A DNA stretch of 32,000 nucleotides from contig JALVAT010000014.1 of the NCBI GenBank assembly GCA_027011045.1, forward strand, positions 519 through 32,518, given 5' to 3'. Under the pieces are notes generated by a model. It was not told the origin of the DNA. It was given only the letters and a program-made list of their open reading frames with translations, and did not search any database. Of this stretch, positions 1-7,135 are shown in pieces. The position numbers and the translations under genes are program-made. The stretch is from Candidatus Micrarchaeota archaeon. Its GTDB lineage: Archaea > Iainarchaeota > Iainarchaeia > JAADDC01. Each line of letters begins with the position of its first letter. Position 1 is the first letter of the stretch.

Positions 1-660
1 GACGCTCTCCGGCGTTTCCAGACATCTGTGTATTATCTCGATACGCAGCTACGCGAGTTCTTCGAAATGAAATCGCATCTCGAAGCGCTGGAATCGGCGT
101 ATAGGGATCTTCAGGATGCGCTAGCAGAAACTCCTGACCTCGAGCGGGTTGTGGAGGCGTTTATTCGGGAGAACGACATTTTGCCCGTGTACAAGGAGCT
201 TCGCGCTCGCTACGAATCTGTTCTCGCCTTGCTGCGCAAGTATGAGCCCCTTGTGGATGAGATCGACGCCAAGCTGGAGCGATATAGGAGCTACAGGTAC
301 TATCTCTTCAAGGACGACGAGCTCGTTCCCCGCTTCGTGGATCTGCTACTTTCTGACAGGGATTCCGTCATAATCCGTCCGCTCATCTTCGGCGGACATT
401 CCATCGACGATGCGCTGAAAACGGTGGGTGCGGAGCCCGTTGGGAAGCTCAGCTACCGCGTTCCCGGGGACAGAGCTGCCGACGCTGCAGACGTGTTCCT
501 TCGCCAATTCGGGGACTACGGTTTTGTCATAGAGGCTGACGACGTTAAGCTTACTTGGAAACCGGACGTAAACGTCCTTCGCGTCGATGTGCCCAGGGAC
601 AAGATACATGAAGTTGACGAGATCGCCCAGCGCATAGGCGCAACGATCCTCGCAGCGTAA
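1..660 (+). CDS. hypothetical protein with a helical/coiled-coil-like N-terminal half and a globular C-terminal half; possibly 5'-partial
   Basis: The frame of track ORF 28..660 has no stop back to base 1, so the gene may start upstream of the window. In-window start candidates are GTG 28 and ATG 67. Codon and amino-acid usage (E/L/R/D rich) resembles the neighbouring genes. I recognise no family motif. Confidence 0.5.
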   Translation, partial: DALRRFQTSVYYLDTQLREFFEMKSHLEALESAYRDLQDALAETPDLERVVEAFIRENDILPVYKELRARYESVLALLRKYEPLVDEIDAKLERYRSYRYYLFKDDELVPRFVDLLLSDRDSVIIRPLIFGGHSIDDALKTVGAEPVGKLSYRVPGDRAADAADVFLRQFGDYGFVIEADDVKLTWKPDVNVLRVDVPRDKIHEVDEIAQRIGATILAA

Positions 661-709
661 CCCACGGTGTTTGCTAGCACGATGTACGAAGCTGACTTCG
701 ACGTTTGCC

Positions 710-717
710 TTTTATAC
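710..717 (+). promoter_or_regulatory. TATA-like box (TTTTATAC) for the HTH regulator gene
   Basis: This is the only AT-rich octamer in the 661-737 spacer. It is centred about 25 nt upstream of GTG 738/741, the same spacing seen at more than 15 other genes in this window. Confidence 0.55.
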
Positions 718-737
718 ACATTTTCCCTGTATACTTT

Positions 738-1445
738 GTGGTGGACAAGCTGGAGCTGATCATTGCCGGCGAGATTGCCCTGTCCAGAGATCCTGGTTCT
801 TCCATGCGCAAGTGGCGTGAGCTCTTTGGGGTATCCCAGGCTGAGCTTGCCCAGGTCCTTGGCGTTTCCCCATCCACAATTTCGGACTACGAGAGCGGCC
901 GCCGCAAGAGTCCTGGTATTGGTGTGGTGAGGCGTTTTGTAAACGCCTTGATCGAGATCGATAAGCGGCGGGGTGGCCGCATCGTCCGCCAGCTCGAGAG
1001 GCAGGTGGTGCGCGGCTACGAACGCGCACCCTTTGAGAGCCACGACTTCTACAGCGCAGTTTCGGCGGAGGAATTCATCAAGCGCATTGATGGACGCGTG
1101 ATCACCCACGAAGAGCTTGTTGCAACGACGAAACTCTTTGGCTACACACTCATAGACTCAATACGGACGATTACAGAGGTTGGTGCCCGGGACTACATGC
1201 GGCTCTTTGGATCGACGCCCCAGCGCGCCCTCATCTTCACAGGGGTTACCACGGGACGTTCCCCGATGATTGCGTTGAAGGTTGGGCGTTTCTGCGTCGA
1301 TATGGTCCCCGCGATGGTGGTTCTTCAGGGAATAGACACTCCAGACGTTGTTGCCCAAAAAATCGCGGAGAATGAGGGTGTCCTCCTCGTTACTACCTTG
1401 AAGGAGCCCCATGAGATCGCAAAGGCGCTCCTGGAGTTCGAGTAG
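738..1445 (+). CDS. XRE/HTH_3-type transcriptional regulator with a conserved archaeal C-terminal domain (COG1709-like architecture, recalled)
   Basis: HTH signature MRKWRELFGVSQAELAQVLGVSPSTISDYESGRR, preceded by LIIAGEIALSRDPG. About 170 aa of C-terminal domain follow. The track start TTG 705 sits inside the TATA box, so I trimmed to GTG 738 (741 is equally possible). Confidence 0.8.
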   Translation: MVDKLELIIAGEIALSRDPGSSMRKWRELFGVSQAELAQVLGVSPSTISDYESGRRKSPGIGVVRRFVNALIEIDKRRGGRIVRQLERQVVRGYERAPFESHDFYSAVSAEEFIKRIDGRVITHEELVATTKLFGYTLIDSIRTITEVGARDYMRLFGSTPQRALIFTGVTTGRSPMIALKVGRFCVDMVPAMVVLQGIDTPDVVAQKIAENEGVLLVTTLKEPHEIAKALLEFE

Positions 1446-1511
1446 CGTTGCGCACGAAGCAGTGTGGTTCGGTTTTTGTATTTGAGCATCAGAGGAGAAT
1501 TTTGTTAATTG

Positions 1512-1526
1512 GAAGGAAAAAGGTAG
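1512..1526 (-). terminator. oligo-T terminator directly after tRNA-Glu
   Basis: The minus strand reads CTACCTTTTTCCTTCC immediately 3' of the tRNA discriminator base. Archaeal RNAP terminates at T-runs. Confidence 0.45.
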
Positions 1527-1601
1527 TGCTCCGGCCGGGATTTGAACCCGGGTCTCGGGCTCGAGAGGCCCGAATGCTTGGCCGGGCTACACCACCGGAG
1601 C
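1527..1601 (-). tRNA. tRNA-Glu (anticodon CUC), 75 nt, CCA not encoded
   Basis: Reverse complement is GCTCCGGTGGTGTAGCCCGGCCAAGCATTCGGGCCTCTCGAGCCCGAGACCCGGGTTCAAATCCCGGCCGGAGCA. It has a 7-bp acceptor stem (GCTCCGG/CCGGAGC), anticodon stem CGGGC/GCCCG with loop CTCTCGA, and T-arm CCGGG-TTCAAAT-CCCGG. The 5' end GCUCCGGUGGUGUAG is typical of archaeal tRNA-Glu. Confidence 0.92.
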
Positions 1602-1749
1602 GCCAGCTTCTCTGGCGGCTCGACGCCGCCTGCAGGTCTGCGACCTGCACCCACCACTGTGTGTCAAGCCCTGCTGGGCCGCAGTAGAATGGGTTGAGGA
1701 AATGGTTTTAAAAATAGGCGCCGACGGCGGTGATCCGTCATGGAGCAGG

Positions 1750-1757
1750 TATAAATT
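1750..1757 (+). promoter_or_regulatory. TATA box (TATAAATT) for the 114-aa ORF
   Basis: Centred 25-26 nt upstream of ATG 1779, with no SD in between, which implies a leaderless mRNA. Confidence 0.55.
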
Positions 1758-1778
1758 TATCCACACCCTTCTATACCC

Positions 1779-2123
1779 ATGCGAGTCCTCATCCTCGAGT
1801 CGGAGGATTCTGATTGGAGCTTTGGGGATGCCATTAGGAAGCTCGTTGAGGGCAAAATCGCACCCCTTGAGCTCGATGTACGGCGAGTGAAGCGCTTTTA
1901 TGATATCCTTCCCGCCTCAAAGGGAGAATACGATGTGAAGCTCGCGTTTTTCTTCCCGTCGAAGGAAGAATCAGCGATTGCCGCCCCGATTCTTTTGGAG
2001 CTCCTCCGATCGGGTGTTAATGTATTTTTCTACTTCAGGGAGGACGTCGGGCTTCACGAGGAAGAGATTCTGGAGCAAGCTCTGTCCGTTTTCGGCTTAC
2101 AGCCCCCTAATCCTCCCGCATGA
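1779..2123 (+). CDS. hypothetical protein, 114 aa
   Basis: ATG start with a correctly spaced TATA box. Composition looks coding (MRVLILESEDSDWSFGDAIRKLVEGK...). It overlaps the next gene convergently by 17 nt. I recognise no motif. Confidence 0.6.
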   Translation: MRVLILESEDSDWSFGDAIRKLVEGKIAPLELDVRRVKRFYDILPASKGEYDVKLAFFFPSKEESAIAAPILLELLRSGVNVFFYFREDVGLHEEEILEQALSVFGLQPPNPPA

Positions 2124-2583
2124 CGCCATCGAGCCGCTTCGCATGGGCCTGTATCTTTCCCAGGAGCGAATTCACATCCCTCTCTATTTCCATTATCACG
2201 TCTTCCAGGCGGTCTGCCCGCAGCCCGTATGTGGATCCCTTCTTCTTGACAATGATGCCCGCATCCAGGAACCTCGAGAGGTATGTAGTGTACAGCTGGG
2301 ACAGCCCGAGGCTGACGCCCTCCGCCTGAATCCAGTGGTATAGGTCGTCTACCTTTATTGCTCCGTTGCGTATTCTAATCTGCCTTCCATTGACGGTGAT
2401 TGTGTCCTCTCTACGCCCGGCGATCTTGGTAAAGATCTGCAGGAGCTTTATTGCAACGTCGGGCTTGCCCTTTTTGGGTATAAGGCCGAGTGACTGGGCG
2501 ATGAAGGCGGCGATCACGTCCGGACTCTTCATCCCCTCGGGCACTGGGGGGATGTCTTGGAGCGTGATCTTCCGGACCGCCAT
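2107..2583 (-). CDS. hypothetical protein, possibly winged-helix DNA-binding (158 aa from ATG 2583; alternative ATG 2622)
   Basis: Track ORF is 2107..2679. A minus-strand TTTTTAAT box (2603-2610) lies about 24 nt upstream of ATG 2583. ATG 2622 has no promoter at the right distance. The sequence ...LGLSQLYTTYLSRFLDAGIIVKKKGSTYGLRADRL... looks like a recognition helix plus wing. Confidence 0.6.
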   Translation of the reverse strand: MAVRKITLQDIPPVPEGMKSPDVIAAFIAQSLGLIPKKGKPDVAIKLLQIFTKIAGRREDTITVNGRQIRIRNGAIKVDDLYHWIQAEGVSLGLSQLYTTYLSRFLDAGIIVKKKGSTYGLRADRLEDVIMEIERDVNSLLGKIQAHAKRLDGVMRED

Positions 2584-2602
2584 ATTCCAAAATAGTTTTG
2601 GA

Positions 2603-2610
2603 AGATTAAA
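2603..2610 (-). promoter_or_regulatory. TATA-like box (TTTTTAAT on the minus strand) for gene 2107..2583
   Basis: Spacing to ATG 2583 is about 24 nt. It sits back to back with the plus-strand box at 2632-2639. Confidence 0.45.
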
Positions 2611-2631
2611 AATGTTTTCCATGCTACCCGC

Positions 2632-2639
2632 TTTTATAC
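2632..2639 (+). promoter_or_regulatory. TATA-like box (TTTTATAC) for the HExxH protein gene
   Basis: Centred 25 nt upstream of in-frame GTG 2660. Confidence 0.5.
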
Positions 2640-2659
2640 GTCGACGGCCCCTAACGTTT

Positions 2660-3394
2660 GTGGCACCGAGGGATTCCACCTTCTGGGAGCGGTACCGCTA
2701 CTTCAGGGGCGTCAGCCGCGCAAAGGAGCAACGGGTGAAGGAGCAACTGAAGGCACTTTTCCCGTCTTTTTCTGAAGAGATTGACCGAATGCGAATCCGA
2801 CATCACCTGGAACTGCTCCCGATCCTCGAGAGAACGGATTCCGCCTTTAGGGAGCACGCCCTCCGCGCGCTCTACGCCAACGGTGGAAGAACCCCTGGAT
2901 ACTACAAAGATCTTGAGGAGTACGTGTATCGTAGCTTCGCACGGGGTTACTACGGCCGCGGCAGGACGATCAACGTGTCTTACTTCCCCGATCGTCCAGA
3001 GCTCGGTTTCACCCAGCTCCACGGCGTTCACGTCCACGAGGCTGTCCATTACCTCACAGAGCTCCTTCTTCGGGACGCCTTTGGTCGCGCCGTGGACGTC
3101 GAGGGCAGCGGCAGGTACGTTCCCACCGACGTTCGAGAGGCCCTTGCTTTTGCGTTTCAGCACGCCTTCTGGGAGCGTATGGGCATTCCCGTGAACCACG
3201 AGGCGGCAATGGATGATGTCGTCTCCGTGTATTCCCGGGTGACCGCCTTTGACGCGGATCGTTTTAGGAGGACGTATACGCGCGCTCTTCAGGAGATTAA
3301 CGAACGGGGTTTCGATGGAGCCGCCAGAAGAATCCCCGAAATCGTTGCTGAGATTCTCGGGCTAAGACCACGAAACGTGTTTAAACGCCGTTAA
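2660..3394 (+). CDS. hypothetical protein with an HExxH motif (putative zinc metallopeptidase-like), 244 aa
   Basis: HEAVH lies within FTQLHGVHVHEAVHYLTELLL. The track ORF 2366..3394 overlaps the minus-strand gene for about 300 nt, so I trimmed it to GTG 2660 using the TATA spacing. Confidence 0.6.
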   Translation: MAPRDSTFWERYRYFRGVSRAKEQRVKEQLKALFPSFSEEIDRMRIRHHLELLPILERTDSAFREHALRALYANGGRTPGYYKDLEEYVYRSFARGYYGRGRTINVSYFPDRPELGFTQLHGVHVHEAVHYLTELLLRDAFGRAVDVEGSGRYVPTDVREALAFAFQHAFWERMGIPVNHEAAMDDVVSVYSRVTAFDADRFRRTYTRALQEINERGFDGAARRIPEIVAEILGLRPRNVFKRR

Positions 3395-3407
3395 ATGATA
3401 TTCTTCC

Positions 3408-4361
3408 GTGCTTGCATATCCGTGGGGTGCAGGGCTGGTCATAGATCTCGGCGTGCGAAAGCTGGCAGTGGACACGCCGAAACCCGTTCCTGGCGCTTTT
3501 CACATCGTTACCCACGCCCACGCGGACCACATTGGCGCTGCAAGGAAGGCACTAAGCCTGGTCACCCCTGAAACCCACGAAATGCTCAAGGTTCTTGGCA
3601 GCTATCAAACTGAGACGCTTTCCTATGGAGCCACACGAACTGTCGCCGGTGCAGAGATCTCCTTTCTATCCGCGGGCCACATCCCTGGGTCTGCTCAGAT
3701 TCTTATAGATGCAGAGCGCCGAATTATCGTCACGGGGGATTGGAAGCTTGAGAGCGATGTGCTGCAGCCGGGTGCGGAACTCCCTGAAGATGTTGACATC
3801 CTCTTCCTCGAAACGACCTTTGGCGCTCCGCAATATCAGTTCCCGCCCCGCCGCGAGGTCTACCCCGAGCTGCTCCGATGGGTCCGTGCAAACCTCGGAG
3901 TAGGTAACCATGTCGTGCTCTTTGGATACGCCGTGGGAAAATCCCAGGAACTAACGGCGCTTCTAAACTCCGCAGGGATCGTGCCTGTCGTCCCGGAGCG
4001 TACGCATCGTGTGAATGCCCTCTTTGGGTTAAAGGACGTCCTTATTGGCTCGGAGGGCTGGAGGGAATTTGTTTCCCAGCCGCGTGTGTTCATACTGCCC
4101 CCCAACTACGGCGATCTTCTTCCCGCCCTCGAGGTTGAGTTGCGCCGGCGCATCGTGGCAAAATCCTGCTCCGGTTGGGCGAGAAACGGCTTTCGGCTGT
4201 CCTCCCACGCAGACTTCTGGCAGACCATTGAGTATGTTGCTAACGTGGAGCCGAAGCTCATTATCACTTATGGTGGGAACGCGCTCCAGATGGCTGCCGT
4301 CCTAAAGCGGCAGGGTTTTAACGCACAACCGCTGTCGCTGTTGAGGTCGTCCTGGTTCTAG
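3408..4361 (+). CDS. metallo-beta-lactamase fold nuclease of the beta-CASP family (short SNM1/CPSF-like form), 317 aa
   Basis: MBL motifs are HAHADH (HxHxDH), AGHIPGSAQ and TGDWK. Beta-CASP motifs are LETTFG (A) and LSSHADF (C). GTG 3408 lies about 25 nt downstream of GTTTAAAC (3379-3386). Confidence 0.85.
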   Translation: MLAYPWGAGLVIDLGVRKLAVDTPKPVPGAFHIVTHAHADHIGAARKALSLVTPETHEMLKVLGSYQTETLSYGATRTVAGAEISFLSAGHIPGSAQILIDAERRIIVTGDWKLESDVLQPGAELPEDVDILFLETTFGAPQYQFPPRREVYPELLRWVRANLGVGNHVVLFGYAVGKSQELTALLNSAGIVPVVPERTHRVNALFGLKDVLIGSEGWREFVSQPRVFILPPNYGDLLPALEVELRRRIVAKSCSGWARNGFRLSSHADFWQTIEYVANVEPKLIITYGGNALQMAAVLKRQGFNAQPLSLLRSSWF

Positions 4362-4388
4362 AAATAGAAAAGGGAAAAGAGAAGGCCT
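4362..4388 (-). terminator. T-rich terminator region after the histone gene
   Basis: The minus strand reads ...CCTTCTCTTTTCCCTTTTCTATTTC directly after the histone stop codon. Confidence 0.4.
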
Positions 4389-4601
4389 TTACCCGAGGAT
4401 TGCACGAGCAGCGAGCTTGATGTCGTCTGCCGTGACGGTCTTCCTCTTGGCGTGGCGCGCGTACTGGACAGCAGCCTCGGTAATCTGCTTGGCAAGCTCC
4501 TCCAGGATGTTTGCGAGGACCTTGACTGCCTCGTCAGAGACGCGCTCAGCGCCTGCCTTCCTAATAAGCCTGTCCACAGGTGCCAACTGCAGTTCGCCCA
4601 T
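4389..4601 (-). CDS. archaeal histone (HMf family), 70 aa
   Basis: MGELQLAPVDRLIRKAGAERVSDEAVKVLANILEELAKQITEAAVQYARHAKRKTVTADDIKLAARAILG is a full histone fold with the canonical archaeal N-terminus. ATG 4601 lies 6 nt downstream of GGAGGTG (4608-4614). The track GTG 4610 sits inside that SD. Confidence 0.92.
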   Translation of the reverse strand: MGELQLAPVDRLIRKAGAERVSDEAVKVLANILEELAKQITEAAVQYARHAKRKTVTADDIKLAARAILG

Positions 4602-4636
4602 TTTGTCCACCTCCGCACTCTACTATGCGTTTTGGA

Positions 4637-4644
4637 CATATAAA
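4637..4644 (-). promoter_or_regulatory. TATA box (TTTATATG on the minus strand) for the histone gene
   Basis: It would place the TSS about at the SD, roughly 13 nt upstream of ATG 4601. It is the divergent partner of the hef promoter. Confidence 0.55.
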
Positions 4645-4711
4645 TACTTTTCGCTTTTTGGGCCCTCCGATTCGTGATTTGAGCTACCCCGTCAATTGTC
4701 GAGATGATCGG

Positions 4712-4719
4712 AATATTTA
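4712..4719 (+). promoter_or_regulatory. TATA-like box (AATATTTA) for hef
   Basis: Centred about 29 nt upstream of ATG 4745. Confidence 0.5.
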
Positions 4720-4744
4720 GCTCTTGCCGTATCAAATCTTATTG

Positions 4745-7084
4745 ATGCCCATATCCGCCACGGGTGAGTATGTTGACCACCCACTCATAAAACCCAAGAC
4801 TGTCGAAGCCAGGGTCTATCAGCAGCTCATAGCCACTAGCGTCCTCGAAAATGGCAATACCCTCGTTGTTTTGCCAACAGGTCTCGGTAAAACGGTTGTT
4901 GCGGCGCTCGTTGCTGCTGAGCGGCTACGGCGTTTCCCGGAATCCAAAGTACTCATTGTAGCTCCCACAAAGCCCCTGGCAGAGCAACACGCTGAGAGCA
5001 TGCGGCGAATGCTTTCCATCCCGGAAGACGAGGTTGTCGTACTTACAGGTACCATACAGCCCGAGAAACGGGCCGAGCTCTGGAAGCGCGCCCGGGTCGT
5101 TGCGGCCACGCCACAGACGGTGGAGAACGATATTCTCTCGGGCAGAATCGACCTGTCGAACGTTTCGCTTCTCGTCGTCGACGAGGCCCACAGGGCCGTG
5201 GGTAACTATCCCTACGTTCTTATCGCCAGGAAGTACATGGAACAAGCTAGGAATCCCCTCATTTTGGCGCTTACGGCTTCTCCCGGCGGTTCAGAGGAGA
5301 AAATTCAGGAGGTAATGCGAAACCTCTTCATCCACAACGTGGAGATCCGCACCCCCGACGACCCGGATGTTAAGCGCTACGTGAAGGGCCATACGATCCA
5401 ATGGGTGCGGGTGGAGCTCCCCCCTGAGTTCAAGGAGATCCTTCGGCTATTGGAACACGCCATACGGACTCGTCTTCGGGCTTTAAAGGAAATGGGCATA
5501 GTGGACAGCGTTGATGTTAGAAAATACTCGAAAAAAGACCTTTTGGCGCTACAGGAGCAAGTCCAATCGCTCCTTTCCGATCAGCCGGACCGTGAAGAGC
5601 TGTACGATGCCCTTCGACTCATCGCAGAGATCATAAAGATCCAGCATGGTCTGGAGCTTGTGGAAACGCAGGGTACCTCTGCCTTTGTAGCGTATGTCGA
5701 TCGAATGAAGCTCCGCTCAGCCCAGCCCAGCGCGCCGAAGTCCCTGAAGCGAGTCGTCTTGGATCCCAGCGTGTCCGAGGCGTATCGCATTGCTCTGAAC
5801 CTTTCGCGCCGCGGTGTTGAGCACCCCAAGATCCCCCGTCTTGTGGAGATCCTTCGCGAGTTTTTCCAGAGAAATCCCGAGGCAAGGGCCATTGTATTTG
5901 TCCAGTACCGTGACACGGCATCGAGGATCGTCGACGAGCTTCAGAAGCTGGGCATTTCGGCGGTGCGCTTCGTGGGACAGGGTTCTCGAGCGGGGGACAA
6001 GGGTCTTTCCCAGCGCGAGCAGCAGCGCATCATACAGGAATTCCGGGAGGACAAGTACAAGGTGCTCGTTGCCACATCCGTTGCAGAGGAGGGGCTCGAT
6101 ATACCCTCCGTGGATCTTGTTGTATTCTACGAGGCAATCCCCTCCGAGATACGTCAGATTCAGCGCAGGGGGCGCACGGGCCGATTTTCAAGGGGCCAGG
6201 TCTACGTGCTCGTGTCCAAGGGTACCCGGGACGAGGCGTACCTCTGGGCGGCGCGTTACCGTGAGAAGAAGATGATCGAAACGCTCAAGCGCCTCAGGCG
6301 GATCTTCGGCCGTCCCGCCAGTGCTTCCGGTCAAACTACGATTGTTCACTTTGTTCAGGCGGAGAAACCGAAGAATATTGTTGAAATAATCGTGGACCAC
6401 CGTGAACGCGCTTCCGGTGTAGTTGAGGAGCTGTCAAAATATCCGGATGTCCAGATACTCGTAAAGGAGCTGCCCGTTGCGGACTACATCCTTTCAGATA
6501 GGGTAGCTGTGGAGCGGAAGTCAGTGCAGGACTTTGTGAACTCCATAATAGATGGACGTCTCTTCGAACAGGCTGCTGCGCTTGCACAGGCGTTCTCCCG
6601 GCCAATTATCGTTGTAGAGGGCAAGGATATATACACGGCCCGTCGTGTTCACCCCAACGCCATTCGGGGGGCGATGGCGACTCTTGCTGTGGACTACGGG
6701 ATACCCATCGTGTTTACAAAGGATGCTGCTGACACCGCTGCGTTCCTGCGCGTTATTGCCCGCAGGGAGCAGCTCAAGGAGAGCAGAGCCCCAAGAATCC
6801 GAGGGGATAAGCGTATACTCTCCCTCCCAGAGATGCAGCTCTTCATAGTCGAATCTCTTCCCTACGTTGGGCCCAAGCTTGCTCGCCAGCTTTTGAAGCA
6901 CTTTGAGACTGTTGAACGCGTTTTCACCGCCAGCGAGCGGGAGCTATCCCTTGTGGAGGGTATCGGACCGAAGCGCGCCAAGGAAATCCGGAGGGTGCTC
7001 ACCACGCCCTTCTCAGAGGGCGGCGGGGAGACGGAGGGGCAGGGTGCAGATGGAGAGGATGGTGGACACAGCTCAGATTTTTAA
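4745..7084 (+). CDS. hef: Hef: SF2 helicase fused to an ERCC4/XPF nuclease and HhH2 (archaeal FANCM/XPF homologue), 779 aa
   Basis: Helicase motifs are PTGLGKT (motif I), VVDEAH (DEAH box), VATSVAEEGLDIP and QRRGRTGR. The ERCC4 nuclease core is DHRE...VAVERKSVQDF...DGR. Tandem HhH elements are LPYVGPKLARQLL and GIGPKRAKEI. The tail is acidic and Gly-rich. ATG 4745 is preferred over the track TTG 4724. Confidence 0.92.
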   Translation: MPISATGEYVDHPLIKPKTVEARVYQQLIATSVLENGNTLVVLPTGLGKTVVAALVAAERLRRFPESKVLIVAPTKPLAEQHAESMRRMLSIPEDEVVVLTGTIQPEKRAELWKRARVVAATPQTVENDILSGRIDLSNVSLLVVDEAHRAVGNYPYVLIARKYMEQARNPLILALTASPGGSEEKIQEVMRNLFIHNVEIRTPDDPDVKRYVKGHTIQWVRVELPPEFKEILRLLEHAIRTRLRALKEMGIVDSVDVRKYSKKDLLALQEQVQSLLSDQPDREELYDALRLIAEIIKIQHGLELVETQGTSAFVAYVDRMKLRSAQPSAPKSLKRVVLDPSVSEAYRIALNLSRRGVEHPKIPRLVEILREFFQRNPEARAIVFVQYRDTASRIVDELQKLGISAVRFVGQGSRAGDKGLSQREQQRIIQEFREDKYKVLVATSVAEEGLDIPSVDLVVFYEAIPSEIRQIQRRGRTGRFSRGQVYVLVSKGTRDEAYLWAARYREKKMIETLKRLRRIFGRPASASGQTTIVHFVQAEKPKNIVEIIVDHRERASGVVEELSKYPDVQILVKELPVADYILSDRVAVERKSVQDFVNSIIDGRLFEQAAALAQAFSRPIIVVEGKDIYTARRVHPNAIRGAMATLAVDYGIPIVFTKDAADTAAFLRVIARREQLKESRAPRIRGDKRILSLPEMQLFIVESLPYVGPKLARQLLKHFETVERVFTASERELSLVEGIGPKRAKEIRRVLTTPFSEGGGETEGQGADGEDGGHSSDF

Positions 7085-7135
7085 GGGTTAACCAATAATA
7101 TTTGTTTGTAGCGGAAATAATTTGGAGGTGGTATC

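Noticed and set aside
1448-1687. 79-aa ORF spanning the tRNA-Glu locus
   Set aside because: It overlaps a perfect tRNA on the opposite strand, and its translation simply reads through the tRNA complement.
1602-1700. C/D-box or H/ACA guide RNA upstream of tRNA-Glu
   Set aside because: There are no RUGAUGA/CUGA box pairs. The hairpins are too short and lack a pseudouridylation pocket, K-turn and ACA arrangement. The region is kept only as an unexplained structured spacer in the findings.
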